Shown here piece after piece: positions 15,950 to 29,833 of a stretch of DNA of 64,000 nucleotides (the first letter of the stretch is position 1; each line of letters opens with the position of its first letter). The notes beneath the pieces were generated by a model. It searched no databases. It was not told the origin of the DNA and saw only the letters and a list, made by a program, of their open reading frames with translations. Both the position numbers and the translations under genes were made by a program. Origin of the DNA: the human T2T-CHM13v2.0 reference genome, Homo sapiens; assembly GCF_009914755.1 (NCBI RefSeq), contig NC_060931.1. The stretch is one strand, 5' to 3'.

Positions 15950-16460
15950 CTAAAATGAAGACTTCTTGCCCTTGAAAAGTTTGGAGTTGTGAGTGACATA
16001 GGTAGATATATTGATATTCCTACAAAGGTAGAGTTATGCACAGAGTGGGTAGGTAGAGTCAGCCAGTAGTGTGGGCCTTGTTTGGGCTTCTTAAGATGAC
16101 TATTGAGCCAAATCTTAAAGCATGAATAAAAATAACTGATTAGAATAATGGCTTAGATATATTGACCACTTATATATCTATCAAACATATTTAATGGGGA
16201 CACAGGCTGAGACCAGAGGCTCAGATCTGGTGAAAGCGGCATGCAGTAGTCCAGATGAATTTGATAATGACTTTAACTAAGACACAGCTTGGGAGGAAGT
16301 GGTGGGGATGGGTTAAAATACATTTAGAGAGTAAAATGTATAGGTTTTGATGGTAGAGTGATTGAGGGTGACAAGAAAAAGGGAGAACTTGGGTGGCTCC
16401 CTGATTTCCTACTAGGATGGCTGTGTGTATAAGACTTAAGTTGAACAAGGATATCCTGAA
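15950..16460 (-). mobile_element. L2 fragments (highly diverged)
   Basis: Purine-rich L2-like motifs such as GCAGTAGTCCAGATGA and GGTGGCTCCCTGATTTC. Confidence 0.45.
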
Positions 16461-16943
16461 GAAAAGAATCAAGAGGCAGATCGTTTTGGTCTCTTACTAT
16501 CTTTCTGAGCTTTATTTAGTTGGGCAACTATCTGTACCAGATAAGAATTTGGACCGGTGCCACGGCTTACTGACTCACTTTCTGGCAATAGACATTTCTA
16601 TCATCACTTTAGAGAAGAAAATGTCACAATTTGATATTTAGCGCACAGTCCCAGGTTTCAGTCAGAACTCTTACCTTGACTTTGCATAATAACCTCTGGC
16701 CTCCTCCAGCTCACACCGGCTCCAGCCTGGAGCCCTGCTGCTATGGTGAGGACCGTGGCCACCTTCTCCTGCCTAGGTGCTCTGCTTGCCTCCCACTCAT
16801 AGCTGTCTGTGCTGGTCAGCAAGGCCAAAATGGGTGGGGGGGAGAGGGGACAGAAAGCCAAGAGGCCCCAGTTCTTATTTGCTTTTGAGGTTTTATTCTG
16901 GACCTAGCTTATATTTAAAGTTGACTAATTCTCTTTTGCGACA

Positions 16944-17323
16944 TGCCTAAGTCTGTTTGGGCTACTGTTTGGGCTACTGTAATCAACTATCATAGGCTGG
17001 GTGCCTTATAAACAACAGAAATTCATTTCTTACAGTTGTGGTGCCTCAGAAGTCCAAGATCAAGGTACCAGCAGATTCGGTTCTAGGGAATGGCCTCTTC
17101 TTAGTTCACAGACAGCTGTCTTTTTGCTATGTTCTTACATGGCAGAAAGGGTGACAGAGGTCTCTGAGGTCTTCTCTCTTATAAGGACACTAATCCTATT
17201 CATGAGGTGTCCACCCTTATGACCTAATTCCCTCCCAAGAGCCTCACTTCCTAACACCATCACATTGGGGGTTAGGATTTCAACATATGGATTTAGGGGA
17301 ACACAAACATTTAGTTTATAGAA
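16944..17323 (-). mobile_element. MLT1A/MLT1A0 MaLR solo LTR
   Basis: Reverse complement of the same family as 14998-15366; carries a 12-bp internal duplication CTGTTTGGGCTA. Confidence 0.85.
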
Positions 17324-17562
17324 GGACCCTTTTGGGGAGTCTTGGGATATCCCCAACTGGACCTCCTTTCTGTAGTTTCTTTTGAAACAAAACAAAAACA
17401 AAATACCGCTCTCTATTCAAAGTGGTTACTGGCTGCTCCTTCAACCAAGGCTGGGTGCGTTATTTCTCCAGCTTCTTCCTGCATGGTCAGGCAGGCCCTC
17501 AGCAATTCTACTTTGGCTCTCTTGCTGTTGTGCCGAATCCCTATTGACCTCAGTAAGGAAAT

Positions 17563-18440
17563 TGCCAGGTTTAAGAGGCTGAAGAAGAGACTCAAAACCA
17601 GCAAAAGAGACACACAGGATTTTATTAGAGACTTACATAGAGGAGAGAGTCCAGTGGCAGTGGACTGGGCAGGAAAACCACCTTACATACAGAAATGGTA
17701 CAATGGTAGGGGGCTGGACAACATATCTGCCTTGCATATGGCCCAGTGGCAGCTGGTTGGGCAGAAGAACAACAACTACTTGCAAACAGCATGCCGTTTA
17801 TCTAGCATTTTCACTTAACATCCTCCCCTTAACGACCTGCACCTGGCAACCTGCATTCAACCCAAAACTCAGGGCTTCGATCTCCCGTATGGCTGATATG
17901 GTTTGACTCTGTGTCCCAACCCAGATCTCATCTTGAGTTGTAAACCCTACATGTCAAAGGAGGGACCTGTAATCCCCACATACGGAGGGAGGGAAGTGAT
18001 TGGATTATAGGGGCGGTTTCTCCCATGCTGTTCTTGTGATAATGAGTGAGTTCTCAGGAGATCTGATGGTTTTATAAATGGTACTTTTTCCTGCACCCTC
18101 ACTCACTTCTCTCCTGCTGCCATGTGAAGAAGATGCCTGCTTGACATTCCGCCATGATTGAAAGTTTCCTGCGCCACCAGCCATGTGGAACTGTGAGTCA
18201 ATTAAACCTCTTTCCTTCTTGGGTAGTATCTTTATATTAATAGCAGTGTGAAAACTGACTAATATAATGACCCTTCCACCGGACGAGCCGGGTCTCAGAT
18301 TTTCCTCATAGACAACCTATCTCTGGGTTGGCAAACCCCAGACGCTTTTGGTTGGAACACACATTCAGGCATGTCTGGCATACAAGCTCATCCTAAGAGT
18401 ATGCTTACGTTATTGCTGTTAGGTGTGTTTACCTTATACT
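17563..18440 (-). mobile_element. ERV solo LTR, LTR47-like, split by a THE1 insertion
   Basis: Minus strand begins GTATAAGGTAAACACACCTAACAGCAATAAC and has AATAAA near its 3' end; the two halves flank 17894-18266. Family name from memory. Confidence 0.6.
17894..18266 (+). mobile_element. THE1C/D MaLR solo LTR
   Basis: TGATATGGTTTG...GACTAATATA ends; TSD ATGGC (17889-17893) / ATGAC (18267-18271). Confidence 0.88.
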
Positions 18441-20059
18441 TGCATAGCCCAGATGTGGTCTATGGAAAATATTATTATATCCATATGTCTCACAGACATT
18501 GGTCAGCAGGCGCATCCCACTTTTGCCAGCAAAGCAATGATCTCTTTGTTAGGCTGGCTCTCCCAATAGGGAGTCAGGCTTGAGTCCACAGGCAGCATTA
18601 CCTTAGTCAGTTGTGAGTCTGGCACCAGACCTTTTGGTCTCCCACCTTGAGTAAACACATTAAAAAGTTCTTGGCATTGTCCCTGGAAGCTCCCCTACGA
18701 GGCTTCAGATGAGAAGGCAGCACCCACCCCATCCTTTTAGCATCCCTTTACCAATCTCATGAAGAACTTCAATTTGGATGCTCTATAGGAGGAGCACACT
18801 GGAGATATTAACTATAACAGAGATTCCTAAGGGAGGTGCCAATTGTGGAAGGAAATAAAAGAGAGCCCATGCATGAACCCAGCTCAGACAATCAGTGGTT
18901 ACCCCCCGCTTTATGTACCAGCAGCTGGTGGAATCCCAGAGCCCCTTGTCACAGTACATACCAGCTTTTCACTTCAAAGCTCTTTGTCTCAGTGACCCAT
19001 CAGACCTCTCACCCTCACCCATACACATGATCTGGAGTGGGAAAAAATAATAAGGAAAATGTCTTCAGGACTCTTCTGGCTTTGCCACAAGTCAATTCCT
19101 CAGAGATTCTGAATCTCACTGGATGACTGCCCCCTCTGTGGTTGAGTCAGCCTTTATTTCCGAAGTTCCCCAGTTTTGCCCCAGCTTCTGGTTGCTCTGA
19201 TATCTGCAATAAGCGCTGTTGGTTTTCATTTTCGCCCATGGCTTTTCCCACTCTCCCTTTGTTTGTGGGGTTGAGATAGTGACTCTGCTTTCCCTAAGAA
19301 TCATTTCCCAAGGCTTAATATTGCCCTTTGGTCTCACAGTCTATGTCTATACCTGGATTATCAATCAGCAATGTGTCACCAACCAACCTCTGTTGTATCC
19401 TGGGCTTTCAGTCCAGGTCATCCAGGTAAAATTCAAACGGCTGCTGCCCAAATCCTGGTTATGCATGTTATTGCCCTTACTCAAAAGGGAGAATTGGATG
19501 TGATAAGGCCAACCTAAAGGATTAGCCACAGTGTCTTGCATTGGAAATAAGAGAAAAATCTGCATGAGCACTTGCTCTGTTGATTTCTGTGTTCCAAAGA
19601 GTATAGGCGAACCCCAGCAGAATAAGAACACTATAGAGCTTAAGGACTGAGTGTTCATTTTAATAACCAATAATTGACTCAACTGGGAAGAGTTTCAGAG
19701 AAAGTAAAACTCCAAGCTCATTGGATATATTCATTTGCAAACTGTGACAGTGCATGTTAAAGATTATATTATTATTTTCACTGATTACTCCAAACTTCAA
19801 AGTTGTGCATGTGTAGAAAGTGCCAGAATGCTCTCCAGGTTGTGCAAGACAACATCATCTTATCAGCTCTCAATAAGGTAAAACATACACTTAAACGCTG
19901 AACACTCAAGGAATTAAGAATACAACTGCCTTCAATATTAAATCTCCATTGTAATGGAAAGAGACTTAAAGTCTCCTTGACAGAGTTGACAAATATACTT
20001 TGCAAAACTTACTTTCAGTACTCACCTCAACTCTTAATTCTTACTGAGATTCTCTTTAC

Positions 20060-20235
20060 GCTGAGGCACTACCTTAGGCAAGTCCTCATATGTGTTTTAT
20101 TTGATGCTCGTAATTGTCCTGGGATGTAAGAAATCTCCCCATTTATCAGTAGAAGTAAGTGAATTGGAAAGGGCTACAGTGACATCACAGAATTAGTAAG
20201 CAAAGGAGCTAGAATTCAAATTCAGATCTTACTGC
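20060..20235 (-). mobile_element. MIR fragment
   Basis: CTCCCCATTTATCAG...GGAGCTAGAATTCAAATTCAGATC resembles the reverse MIR core/5' part. Confidence 0.5.
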
Positions 20236-20745
20236 TTGCACACGAAGTGTCAGTTTGGTTTTGCACATGGAGACATTTTAATGAAGGAATGATAATGAAT
20301 TCTCAGTTGAACTTGAAAATCTGAAGTGCTAAAGTTACCAGAATTACAGAAACATTATGTGCAATATCTGCAGGAAGCAACTGCAAAAATGTGTTTTTAG
20401 AGGTCTACAATTCCATATTTTTATGACAAATATGGCTGTTTTAAAACTTGCCTATTTCTTTTTGGTTTGCCTAATTTCCCAGACTATTTGAGGCAATAGT
20501 TTGAGTGTTGTTTTTTAGCCCCTAATGAAACAACTTGTAGTAGTTTTGAAATTAATTAGCAGCATAATGTGATAGATGGGGAAATCTTAGTGGAGGCTGT
20601 GATAGGATTATTGAAAAGCAAAATATTCAGTCTCTGGTTTACAGTAACTGCTCTTTTGGAGAAGAAGAGTCTCATCTCATGAAACCTCAGGTGAGTCAGA
20701 TATTAAGCCAATATCTGCCAAATGCCTACTTGAACAGGTATTTCT

Positions 20746-21060
<315 letters not shown>

Positions 21061-22577
21061 TGAAGAGAATTTCTTGAAGTCAGGAGCCATATGCTTTAGT
21101 CATTCTCAATACTCAACTTACACTGTGCCCCATACAGAGAGGTGCTCAGTAAAATTAATAACATTTAAATGATGTGGTTTAATGTAAACATGTAGGCCTT
21201 TTCATCAGAAATTTTTCTATTACTAAAACTAATTTTATTATCCTCTACATTTCTTTTTCTCTTTGTTTTCTATTTTGTGTGGTGCTTGCAGGTTAATAAA
21301 TCTTGGATCAGTTAGTTGGCCAGCTTGATTTAAAAATGTTTTAAAAGAAAAGTTAAAAAGCAACACAAAACATATTGAAAATCATTTCCATACCAATTTC
21401 TTCCCTCTGTTAGTTCAGTTGTAAGAAATGGAGAGCAAAAGCATTACAACCAAGGCTTTTAGCGGGAACATAATTGCTTACACATCCAAATACATCAGCC
21501 AACTTTGCAACACGCGATTAGGCAGCCAATTGTGTTGAAAATGTGCTTGCTCATTCAGAGGAGACCACGCCCCAGGGCTCACCTACTAGCTCCTCTCCAG
21601 TCCTGAAGTTCAGTTAGCGCAGCCCGTTCCCATTAGCCACTTGTTGAAAACATAAGAGGGCCACCAGGTGGTAAGAATCTTTTGGGTGCAAATCAAAGAG
21701 CCAACGTCTCTAACAAATCCCACATTCAACCAGGAATGTCTCTCTTTCTAGCCTACCCTCTTCTGTCTGGTAGTTTCTTCCTATAAAGTGATGCTGATAA
21801 AGAATAGCCATGTGCCAGAAACTTTGCACACTCATTATCTTTAAAAACATATGAGAGGGATGCATCAAAGCCTAATTTTAGACGACATGAACTGTCACAC
21901 AATTTAAAAGAAAAGCAGGGTCCTGTTGTATGTAAGACCTCAGGTATATTTGCCCATTTTCACCTCTCTACTCAAAGTTAATTTAGTTTTTAATTCTCGG
22001 GTGAATGTGTTGGTGATTTGGAAAAACACTTTCCATGTCCTGGAATTCTTTTCTAATTCTAGCACTGGTTTTTGAATGACCTTGAATGCAGTGAAGCATA
22101 TCAAAGTAAAGCAGGACCATCCTTTCTTTTTTTTTTTCTTTTTTTTCCCCTGGCATTCAGAGAGAAATATCTTTCAACGGCTGGCCTTTAGGTATTCAGA
22201 AAACACGACATGACAGGTGACTGCCCATCTCTTTGCCGTTTTTTTGGTTAAATTGCTTTAGCTACATGGCCGATCACTTAACAAGTCTTTCATTAAGATC
22301 AACCCAGTAGTGTTGGGATTGACAATGTGCTGGGAACGAGTTCTCCTAATAATTGCTAAATGTTGTTCTCATCCCAAACAGGGTACCACATAAAATGCAG
22401 GAGATGAACCAGCGTGCTAGCTAGCTAGCCAGGCAGAAACAATAGCATGTCTTCAACTTAAGCAAGGAATTCCATTTTCTTTTTCCCAAGTGATTGTTGA
22501 TTTCCTGGTGATCATGACTCAAGACAAAGCTTAATGCAAAAACTTCACATTTCCATGTCAAGCTGATTGTTGGGGTC

Positions 22578-23070
22578 TGTATTAGTTTCCTATTTCTGCT
22601 CTAATAAATTACCTCCAACCTAATGGCTTAAAACAACACAAATTTATCATCTGACACTTGTTCATCGCATGTCTCAGTGGACTAAAGTCAAGGTGTCACA
22701 GGGCTGCATATCTTTCTGGAGGCTCTAAGGGAGATTCTGTTTCTTTGCCCATTCCAGCTTCCAGAGGCTTCTTATAGTTCTTGGCTTGTGGTCCTTTCCC
22801 TGCATCTTCATAGCCAGCAACAGCAGTCTGAGTTCTTCTCACAACACACTACTCTCACCTCTCCTCCCTCCTCTACTTTGAAGGACCCTTGTGATTATAT
22901 TGCACCCACAAGAATAATCCATAATATTCTTCCTTCATTTAGGTTGAGCTGAGTAGCAAACTTCATTCCATCTGCATCATTAATTTCCTTTGCCATGTAA
23001 CCTAACGTATTCACAGGTTCCTGGGATTAGAATGTGGATGACTTTGGGGGAAGGGCATTATTTTACCACA
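22578..23070 (-). mobile_element. MLT1C/D MaLR solo LTR
   Basis: TGTATTAGTTTCCTAT...GGCTTAAAACAACACAAATTTAT...TTTTACCACA typical ends. Confidence 0.8.
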
Positions 23071-23991
23071 GACTCATTTTTACTTTGACTGATATTTTTT
23101 TTCAACAATCATTTCCAAAAGCTACCTGGGGAGAGTAAACAGGAAAACATATCTTCCAGCCACGTCTATTCTTTGATCTTTGCCCTTACCAACAGCTTTA
23201 AATGAATGCTTGTAACAGGCAGATTTTAAGATTCAACGATCTTTGGTTCCATATTGTCTGTATTCTAACTTCAGTGAGCCCCTTCCCTCCCCACCTGCCT
23301 TTGTGTGGGCAGTGCGGTTCTGCTCTCAGTAACGAGCCCCTCTGTCACAGAGCAGACCTTTTGAAGAGTACCTACTTTTCATCATACCAAAGTATGAGCT
23401 CACACACGTTCACACTTGCCTTTGTTCCCTCCAGGCTTCCATACCTCATGAGTTGCCTCTTTGCTTTCAGGGGGAATCAACGTAGCAGACCTCAACAGCA
23501 TTCTGTTTCAGGGGTTGAGGGAGAGGCAGCAGAAAGGGGATTTAGGTTATATGCAATGACCACCTCTTTCCTGGGTTTGCCCTCACAGCAGCTGGAGGGC
23601 TTGGAGGTGCCAAGCTCTCTGATTTAGAACTACACAGGTCTGAAGGCTGAGCATTTTCTATGAAGGGCCTTCATCTTTGGAATTCCCTCTCCAAGCCTAT
23701 TGACCTAGATGGCCTGAAGTAAATTCTATCTCACTAGTAAAGTGGATTTCAGAGTTAATATGGCCAAGCTGATTTGGATTATTTATTTTCAATGTCAGCC
23801 ACAGCTATGGAACTCTCAGATGTGTGCAGGAATTGAGTGCATCTTTAGAAATCTCAGGAACAAATAGCTCTGCCTGAGACAGGAGAGGGTTTGGCTATAA
23901 TCTTCTTTTTGTATTGCCTGTTTCTTGCTCTAATCCCGAATACTGAGCCTGCACTTTGTGGCTATTTATTCTATGTTGTTGTTGGGTTTGT

Positions 23992-24023
<32 letters not shown>

Positions 24024-25620
24024 TACGCTAACCTACCTGATCCGCTGCTGTGTTTAATTACTTATTATGTCTCTCTAGCTATCTTGATAGCAAATGACCG
24101 ACAGAAATAAATGTAAATAAAGTGCATGGCATTCCTGCATATTGAGTCAGCTGCACTAGCCTGGGTGGGTGGAGGGGGGAAATGGAGTAAGGTGAACGTG
24201 AAGGAAGTTATTAGCTCTCCAGCAGGGGCGAAGAGAAAAGCCAGTTCTGTCAAAAGTGAATGTTGAAACAAAAGAAAATAACCCTGTCCCAAATGCTCTG
24301 GGCTGAATCAGCCTTCCTGGGGTCTTATTCTGGTTCAGAGATAGCTCTGTCCTTGAAGTACTCTCTGTTGAGTGACACTAGTCCATGGTATCAAGTAGTG
24401 TTTAAAATACCTAGATTAAAAGCCTTCTGCATTTAATGTCTCAGCTCCAACAGGTATATAAACCAAAATGAACTTGCAAATTTCATTGAAGCTTTATCCT
24501 CTAGCCCAGGTTAGTCCCTAATGTCACAATTTCCACATTCCTGACAAAGAATCTTTTACTCTAACCAAGTTCCCGTTCACAGTTGGCATCTGCCCCATCC
24601 AGCGGGGGAAGGTGACTTTAGTGGTGTCCTCGCTCTTGCAGAGGTACAGGTTAACATCCTCCTTGGGCAATGAGGGGACTAATATTCTGTTCTTTGTTCA
24701 AAGCTCTGAAGGATCAATGTATGAGATGTGCGATTCGAATTGATGCTATTCCTGTCCTGAAAGCATTAACTCCACTTCCCTTCCCAGTGGAAGAGGTGAG
24801 AGGATGTGACTTTTGGCTCAGCATTGCCCAAGTAAATAATTTTAATCAAATTTCAGCCATAAATGCATTGATGTTTCTATTAAGATGAATAGATAACAGA
24901 GCTTCTTAGAGATTTGTGCTAATTCAAAGTGGGCCGTGGATTTCAAAGACATTCAGTAGCGCTGCTGTTTTTTATAGAGCCAATGAATGTTTGACTAAAG
25001 GTAGCTAATGTGTCCCTAAGCCCAGCAACAATCTGACAGGAAGCTCACTCCTGGTCAAACTACTCTTGGAAATGTCCCAGCAAATGTTGCATCCCTTGCA
25101 GAATTTCTGCATTTAAAGGATGGAAGATTAATACACCCTGTGATCCCTACCTACAATGTAGCTTTGGTAAAATTGCCCCTTAGGATTTTGACACAAGAAA
25201 TAGAAGCATTAGTGTGAGTGTACAGCTATGCATCTCTCTATTGAGCCTCTCCATTAGACAATGGGGGGCCTAAGAGCATAGTGCCAGGTGATATGATCAG
25301 CGATGGCTGAAATCAGAAGCAAGTTCAAGTTTGACTGATCAAACTGAATTAGATGGCTCAAGATCCAGCAGCTAGTGGAAAGTTCTCCTCTTGGTGAATG
25401 ATTCTTTTCTTCAGACAGAAAAAGAATGATGCTGTCAGCAGCTATTCTCAAAGCTATCTGGGCCTCAACATTGAGCCTCATGGAGTAGTCAGTTCACTGT
25501 ACCTCTATAAAGCATTTTAACTCATCCAGAGTCCCGATGCACTGAACAGTCTATGACTGATGGGTTTTGTAGGACAGCCTGACCCACTAGCCCCAGTGCC
25601 ATCTGCCCAGGACAGCCTGA

Positions 25621-26094
<474 letters not shown>

Positions 26095-26984
26095 TAATTC
26101 ACTTCTATAGTAATTGCATCTCATGTAAAGAGAGTTGTTTCTATGTTCAAATCATGTTATATGGCCATGAAAAATCCAGAGCTTTGGTTTAAAACATGTT
26201 TCATTAACCCTGCTGAGTCTGTATTTTCTGCTTTGTCAGGTTCTGCCATACCTTCACATGATCATTTCTGTTAAAAGAAATTATGATCTTTAACTTTTGT
26301 ATGTATCTGGATTCCCCTTTCATTTGAATCATGTCGTGATTCAAAAATCTTCTCTTTTTTTTTAAGCTTCCTTTGCTTTAACAAGGTTTCAACAACTGGG
26401 TGGTAATTCCTACTGTGGTCTCATTAGTATCTGTTTCAGAACTGGAATAATTTTCTCTAATTTTTAATCTCTATGTGTAGTTTTGCATTCTGGTATATTT
26501 TATTGCATTCTTTTATTGTAATTAGACATCGGGCTAAAGGCTAGACATTTTCTCCTCCATAATTTTTGGGCCCTTGAATCTTTGTCAAGTTATCATTGAG
26601 AATGCAGTCACAGGAAGACACTTTTGTCCTTATCCTTCCATCTTGAAATTCTATTTATAAGTCACTTGTCTCTCCATGCAGTTCTGCTGACCAAGTTATA
26701 TTTGATTTAATTGCCCTTCTTACATTGAAATTAGCTGCAACTCTCCCACATTCTCACTCACCTTTCAACTCCTCAAGGCTCTATTCTTGTAGTATGATTA
26801 TGTAGTTGTTCAAATGAAATGAATAAGAAATAAATCAGGTCATTTAGGTTGCATCTACACAAATAAACACTGAGGTGGGGATTAAACCACAGGAGCAGGT
26901 TTTGAGTCATGGATTTCAATTTGAAAATGGATACCATCTCTTTCCTCAGGGATCCCAATGGGAGAGGCAAAAATCACATAATTT

Positions 26985-27020
26985 CTACACTTGATCTCAG
27001 CCAAAAGGATGAGAAGCAAT
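26985..27020 (-). pseudogene. U2 snRNA 3'-truncated (tailless) retropseudogene, nt 1-36
   Basis: Minus strand ATTGCTTCTCATCCTTTTGGCTGAGATCAAGTGTAG matches U2 nt 1-36 at 32/36; flanked by a 16-bp direct repeat (26970-26985 / 27022-27037). Confidence 0.9.
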
Positions 27021-28211
27021 TAAAATTGCATAATTTCGGAGTGTTTTTCATGGCATCAGATTCAGACCTACCTGCCCTGTTTTGGCATCCTTGATCTTTT
27101 CAGTGTTTTTAGGTGATGACTCTTTAGGTAGTGGGGTGAAATCTTCAGATTGAAGAGTACTCCTAAACTTGGAATGCTTAGAACTGACCTACAAGTCATC
27201 TCCATCATCACAAATGTACTGTTGTCAGCAGTGGACTGATTTTTAATTTTTTTTTTGTTAATACATAATTACTTTGTTATCTGCCAGCCTACCCTCAGAG
27301 GAGAAATCTTGCCTCAACTTAAAGAAACCATTTAGCTAACATAACTCTGATATTAACAGAGTCCCCAAATTAGGAAAGGAGAGTCCTGGGGAGGAGTTTC
27401 TCTGGCCATCTGGGTGTGCTTCTTCTTGGCACCCAGGTTCAGAGTCTCTGATGCCAGCTGTGTCCATGTCCCATTGGATTCCCTGGAACCAAGGGGTCTG
27501 CCCAAAGGAGGGGACTAAGCCATATGTTTAACCCTCCTCTGTCCCCCAAACACCTTGAATTACACTAAAGAAGTTCTGAGAATAATAAATTTATAAACAC
27601 ACTAAAGTGGAGTGTTGAGCCCAACTGGGAAGTGGAATGGAAACAGCAGCTAACCCAAAATGTGTTTCTGGAAAGGGTCATAATGATGGATAAACCAGAA
27701 TGGAGAGAGCCATAGAGAGACAAGGGCAGAAGAAGCAAAAGCCATTTTTTTATAGCAGAGTTTCCTAAAGTTGTCAGATAAGAAGGACAGGATGGGGAAA
27801 AGGGGAAGAAACCAAGAGAATGGACTCAAGACTGAATTACAGAATGTCTACGAAGGCACTCAGTGCCCACACTCATCTCTAAGCCTCCTTCTACCACAGC
27901 ACTGTTGGCCTCCAGGATGCAGGTAGAAAGACACCCTCCACTATACTGATCTCATAACTTTAAAAAAACTTCAGCCTTGCTCCCAGATATATCTTTATTT
28001 TTCCAAATTAATATTTGTATGCTATACTAATGCATTATCTATATTATAAAGCATAAAATAGAAATTCAAGATGAGAAAAATTCCAAATAGAAAGTCTAAT
28101 ACAGGCCTCTCTCAATTAGCATTAGAATCTGTTTCTGAAAAATTACATGTTCCACATGAAAATACTAATCATGAGCATATTCTCCTTATTTAACTGAGAA
28201 TAATTATAACG

Positions 28212-28734
28212 TGTCAACTCAAAATTCCTAACCAGTTTCCTAAAAGTAACTATAACACAGTAAACCAACTTTAGATAAGTAATAAACTCTTATGTTAAGA
28301 TGTAAAATGCTAAAAATATCCCTTTTTGATCTTGAAAAAATGTGATCACTAACCAATAGTTGTTTTGAGCATAGTAACCTGTACTCTGAGCTCCAGCAAC
28401 ATGATGTGTGTGTGTGTGTGTGTGTGTGTGTGCCTGTGTATCTCCTTAGATCTTTACCTATCCTCATGGAATAATAATCTTCCTTGGAATGTAGAAATAT
28501 GTAACCAGTCAAATAATTGTAACATATACACTGGTCTCCTATGGAAAATGTTGCAATCCTGCTAAAATTTCTTAGTCTCTGCCTATATAAGTGGAACCTT
28601 CACTTCTCCACTTAAGAACGCTGACCACATAGGTTTAGTGTCAGTGTCTCCCAGGTGGCTATCCTTAAGCTTTGTGGGGAAATAAACTCTATACTTCTTC
28701 ATATTTTTCTGAACCTTGTTATTTAAGGTTGACA
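28212..28734 (+). mobile_element. MER34-like ERV1 solo LTR containing a (TG)n tract
   Basis: TGTCAAC...GTTGACA inverted termini, TATATAA near 28584, AATAAA 28681, MER34-type 3' end ATTTAAGGTTGACA; (TG)n ~28405-28432. Confidence 0.7.
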
Positions 28735-29060
28735 TTAGTCACGGGCAGGAAGGAGGAGACCCTTGCACCCTCAGGCAGCATCTGCCATTTCTCACCCCAG
28801 AACTGGCAGTCACTTCTCTCTTTTGTGGAAGAGCATGAGTCAGATACAGAAGCCCTGTGACGTACTAGATTGGTCACTCACTCCCTCATTCAAGTGCATA
28901 AAGGCAAAATCATGCCTTAGCATTTATTGGTAGCATAAAAGAGAAAGATAGAGATGAACAAGCAGAAATGAATAGACACTGAAAAACATAACTTAGGGAA
29001 ATGTAGTGCTTTTTTAAAAAAATAATTACTGTTGTGGTAGAGATTAAAAATATATATAGC

Positions 29061-29833
<773 letters not shown>

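Noticed and set aside
17342-17818. 158-aa ORF
   Set aside because: Non-ATG start and crosses an LTR boundary.
19126-19145. CTCF-like CCACAGAGGGGGCAG (minus); also CCACCAGGTGCT at 1705
   Set aside because: Spacing is off by one base in the first, and the GGC core is broken in the second.
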